Part shown: positions 61,068-64,000 of the stretch, in pieces
How the letters are laid out: the number at the start of each line of letters is the position of its first letter
Numbering within the stretch: the first letter of the stretch is position 1
From: Squalus acanthias
Taxonomy: Eukaryota
Reading direction: 5' to 3'
Assembly: GCA_030390025.1 (NCBI GenBank)
Contig: CM059441.1
Location: 52,080,001 to 52,144,000 of the forward strand
Length of the DNA: 64,000 nt
Made by a program: the position numbers and the translations under genes
The notes under the pieces: model-generated
The model's database searches: none
What the model was told of the DNA's origin: nothing
What the model saw: the letters and a program-made list of their open reading frames with translations, nothing else

Positions 61068-62059
61068 AAGGGTCATCCTCCTAGTAGTACATGCCAGCCT
61101 GTGTCTTATCATGTACACCCCAAGCGGTGCACAGCAGCATTACGTGGCAAAGTACGTGTGTGGTTCTCTTGTATAGGTGATTCAGAAGCCGATAATTCTG
61201 ATCAGAGGGCTGCACCCAGTGTCTGAGGCTGAGAGACCTGGGCTGAGAGCTTCATTCCATTAACCAGCCGGCGCTTGCAGGAGAATCCAGTTGGTGTGCA
61301 GGCTGTGACTACTTTATTATCTCGGTGTCCATTTGAACACGATCACTGCATCCATTGCCACAGCTATCCTTGAGCGATAAAGTCTGACACAGGCAGCCAA
61401 GTAGAAACATGGATGGCCATTAATGGTTAATCAAGCCTCTAATTAGCGCATTCCGATTAAATGAACACTGTTATTTCATAATTGAGATCAGTTTGACAAT
61501 GAGCCGCATTCAAACTCCCATTATAATCATACTGCCTCTATTCAAACATGATATCTTTGCCAGATTAACATCAGATTCCTTTTCTCGCCACCGCCTCCCA
61601 CTGATGATTGCTTCATGCCTCGTGACACGTACAACATAAGCCGAGCGCGGCTTCTGCCTTTCCACTCCCACAGGTAATTTCCCTGCAAATTATTGTTTTA
61701 CATTTAAAATTCTGGCTCCTGATTGCTTTTAGGATTTCATAATTCCCATTTTAAAGGAAGGTATTCCAGTAAAGGGTTGTACTGCAATCTTGTGCAATGA
61801 GCACAAATACCTTGTCTCTCCTCACACTAATTCTGCTGCACCAGTCTCGAAAGCAGATTGAGCCCCTCAGTAATAGGCAGCACTTATATTTAAAAGTGAT
61901 TTGCAGAATCTAAGCTGCAAAGGAAGATTTCAGCAGTCCTGCCCAGGTTGCTTGTCTAGTCGCCCCTTTGCTCAACAATATTTTGCATTTCATTGCCTTG
62001 GTCTTTTTAAGTTGAAAAAGAATTGAAAGGCTAACCCACCCCCCCTCTCCTTTCTGATG

Positions 62060-62529
62060 AAAAAGGAAGACTTGCATTTATATAGCACCTTTCACAACCA
62101 CCAGACATCCCAAAGCGCTTTACAGCCAATGAAGTACTTTTTGAAGTGTAGTCACTGTTGTAATGTGGGAAACGCGGCAGCCAATTTGCGCACAGCAAGC
62201 TCCCACAAACAGCAACGTGATAATGACCAGATAATCTGTTTTAGTGATGTTGGTTGAGGGATAAATATTGACCCAGGACACCGGGGAGAACTCCCCCTGC
62301 ATATCTTCAAAATAGTGCCATGGATCTTTTACCTCCACCTGAGAGAGCAGACGGGGCCTCGGTTTAACGTCTCATCCAAAAGACAGCACCTCCGACAGTG
62401 CTGCACTCCCTCAGTACTGCACTGGAGTGTCAGCCTAGATTTTTGTGCTCAAGTCTCTGGAGTGGGACTCGACCCCGCAACCTTCTGACTCAGAGGCGAG
62501 GGTGCTGCCCACTGAGGCACGGCTGACAC
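62060..62529 (-). mobile_element. Deu-domain SINE, full length
   Basis: Complete head, core and tail. Confidence 0.9.
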
Positions 62530-63621
62530 TAACACGAGTTAGTGATGTGCATGAACCAGACGGCTAATTTCTATTATATTGAGAGAAAGGAGAGAGGGGA
62601 AAGAAAAGAATGTTTTTATGAGACAGCACTTATGGAATGTGTAATGTGGAGAGAGTCTCATTTGAAGCATCATTAATGGACTCACAGGCTAATCCACCCC
62701 AGAACAGCCAAGCACAGGGCTGCTTATAACTGCTCACAAGGAGATTGCAGTTCGAATTGGAGCAAGCTTTCCAGATTTGGCAGGGCTCTGACTGTGATAA
62801 GAGCAATCTCCTCCTGCACCAGTCAACACTGTGTCCTTGTCGGTCACGGAGCAGCATTATTGGTTGTTACCGTGGGCCATCTGCGGGCTGGACCATCCGA
62901 CCTGTCCACTGCCTCAGGGGGTGGCCGGAGTGGGGTTAATAAAGGGAGAGTTAGGAAAAGGGGAACTAATGTGACATTTCAGTCCAAGGTAGCTTCTCAG
63001 AGGCATCATTTTTTTAAAAAAAGGAAATTCGTTTTGTACATTTCTGCTACTTCACAATATTCAAACATCAGAAATCGACAGAAATCATTTTTTAACTGCG
63101 TGTGTGCAAGTCTGCATTTTGGAAGTTAAAATATTGAATATTCAGCACATTGCTTTTGCTGCTTTGACTCAGTAACATTCTATTTTTTCTCCTAAAGTGA
63201 TTAACTGCTCCCCCAAGCAGCCGTTACCAGCCTTGAATGAATGTGTTGGCAGGCTATTCAACTTTGGTGGGCATCACCACCAAGCCCAGTCATATTCTCA
63301 CCTAACATCCGCGTGCGAGTTCTTCCAGCCGGAATCATTGCCCTGCGATCAGGAGTGAGAACTGGGGCTGGTTTCCTTCCCTCTGCATTGTCCAGGCTGA
63401 TTCCAGCACCTCCAGCTAAGATGAGCCTGCAGCACCAGCCCGGGATTAGTTCCGAGGGCTTTGAGCATTGCTGCGCACCAGTGGTTTTTTATTACAAAAG
63501 GTCGGCACGGCAAAGAGATTATCTGTTCAGCACCTTACCCCTCAATGAGCTCATTTCCCTCCCCCCGCCCCCAGCTCCATTGCGGGATGACTGCATTGGC
63601 AAGGCAAGGAGAGCCTGGCTC

Positions 63622-64000
63622 TACTCTAGCTGAGTCAGAAGGTTGTGGGTTCAAGTCCCACTCCAGGGCCTTGAGCACAGAAAGCTGACACTCCAGTGCA
63701 GTGCTGAGGGAGCACTGCACTGTCGGAGGTGCCGTCTTTCAGATGAGATGTTAAACCGAGGCTCTCTCAGGTGGACGTAAAAGATCCCATGGCACTATTT
63801 CGAAGAAGAGCAGGGGAGTTCTCCCCGGTGTCCTGGGGCCAATTTTTATCCCTCAACCAACATAACAAAAACAGATGATCTGGTCATTATCACATTGCTG
63901 TTTGTGGGAGCTTGCTGTGCGCAAATTGGCTGCCGCGTTTCCCACATTACAACAGTGACTACACTCCAAAAAAGTACTTCATTGGCTGTAAAGCGCTTTG
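63622..64000 (+). mobile_element. Deu-domain SINE, cut by the window end
   Basis: Same family. Confidence 0.88.

Overview
This is eukaryotic DNA, very probably from a cartilaginous fish (shark); the taxon is inferred from the repeat families. There are no prokaryotic genes or CRISPR arrays. The only host gene recognised is hexokinase 2: coding exon 1 (51864-51926, +, MIASHLLAYYFTELKHDQVQK then GTAAG), its putative promoter, and the first 12 kb of intron 1. The rest is a nested transposon landscape. It holds a 7.7-kb CT-rich satellite; CR1, L2, RTE, Tx1 and Penelope retroelements; three SINE families; and several MITEs. It also holds a nearly intact two-gene Harbinger transposon (30659-35092), a young Mag-like Gypsy element with an internal deletion (36849-39206), and a decayed retrovirus-like element with a tether domain plus a second RNase H (about 15130-20130). 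The most unusual signal is in the Gypsy element: it has no tRNA primer-binding site but an exact 11-nt LTR/PBS complementarity with Tf1-type self-priming geometry, together with a YLDN reverse-transcriptase motif. Other signals are minimal hammerhead ribozymes carried by Penelope-derived repeats (one just upstream of HK2), three minisatellites born inside transposons, a twin-priming-like inversion in an RTE, and clustered HIF-type motifs in HK2 intron 1. All family assignments are by eye from motifs. Many repeat boundaries are approximate.
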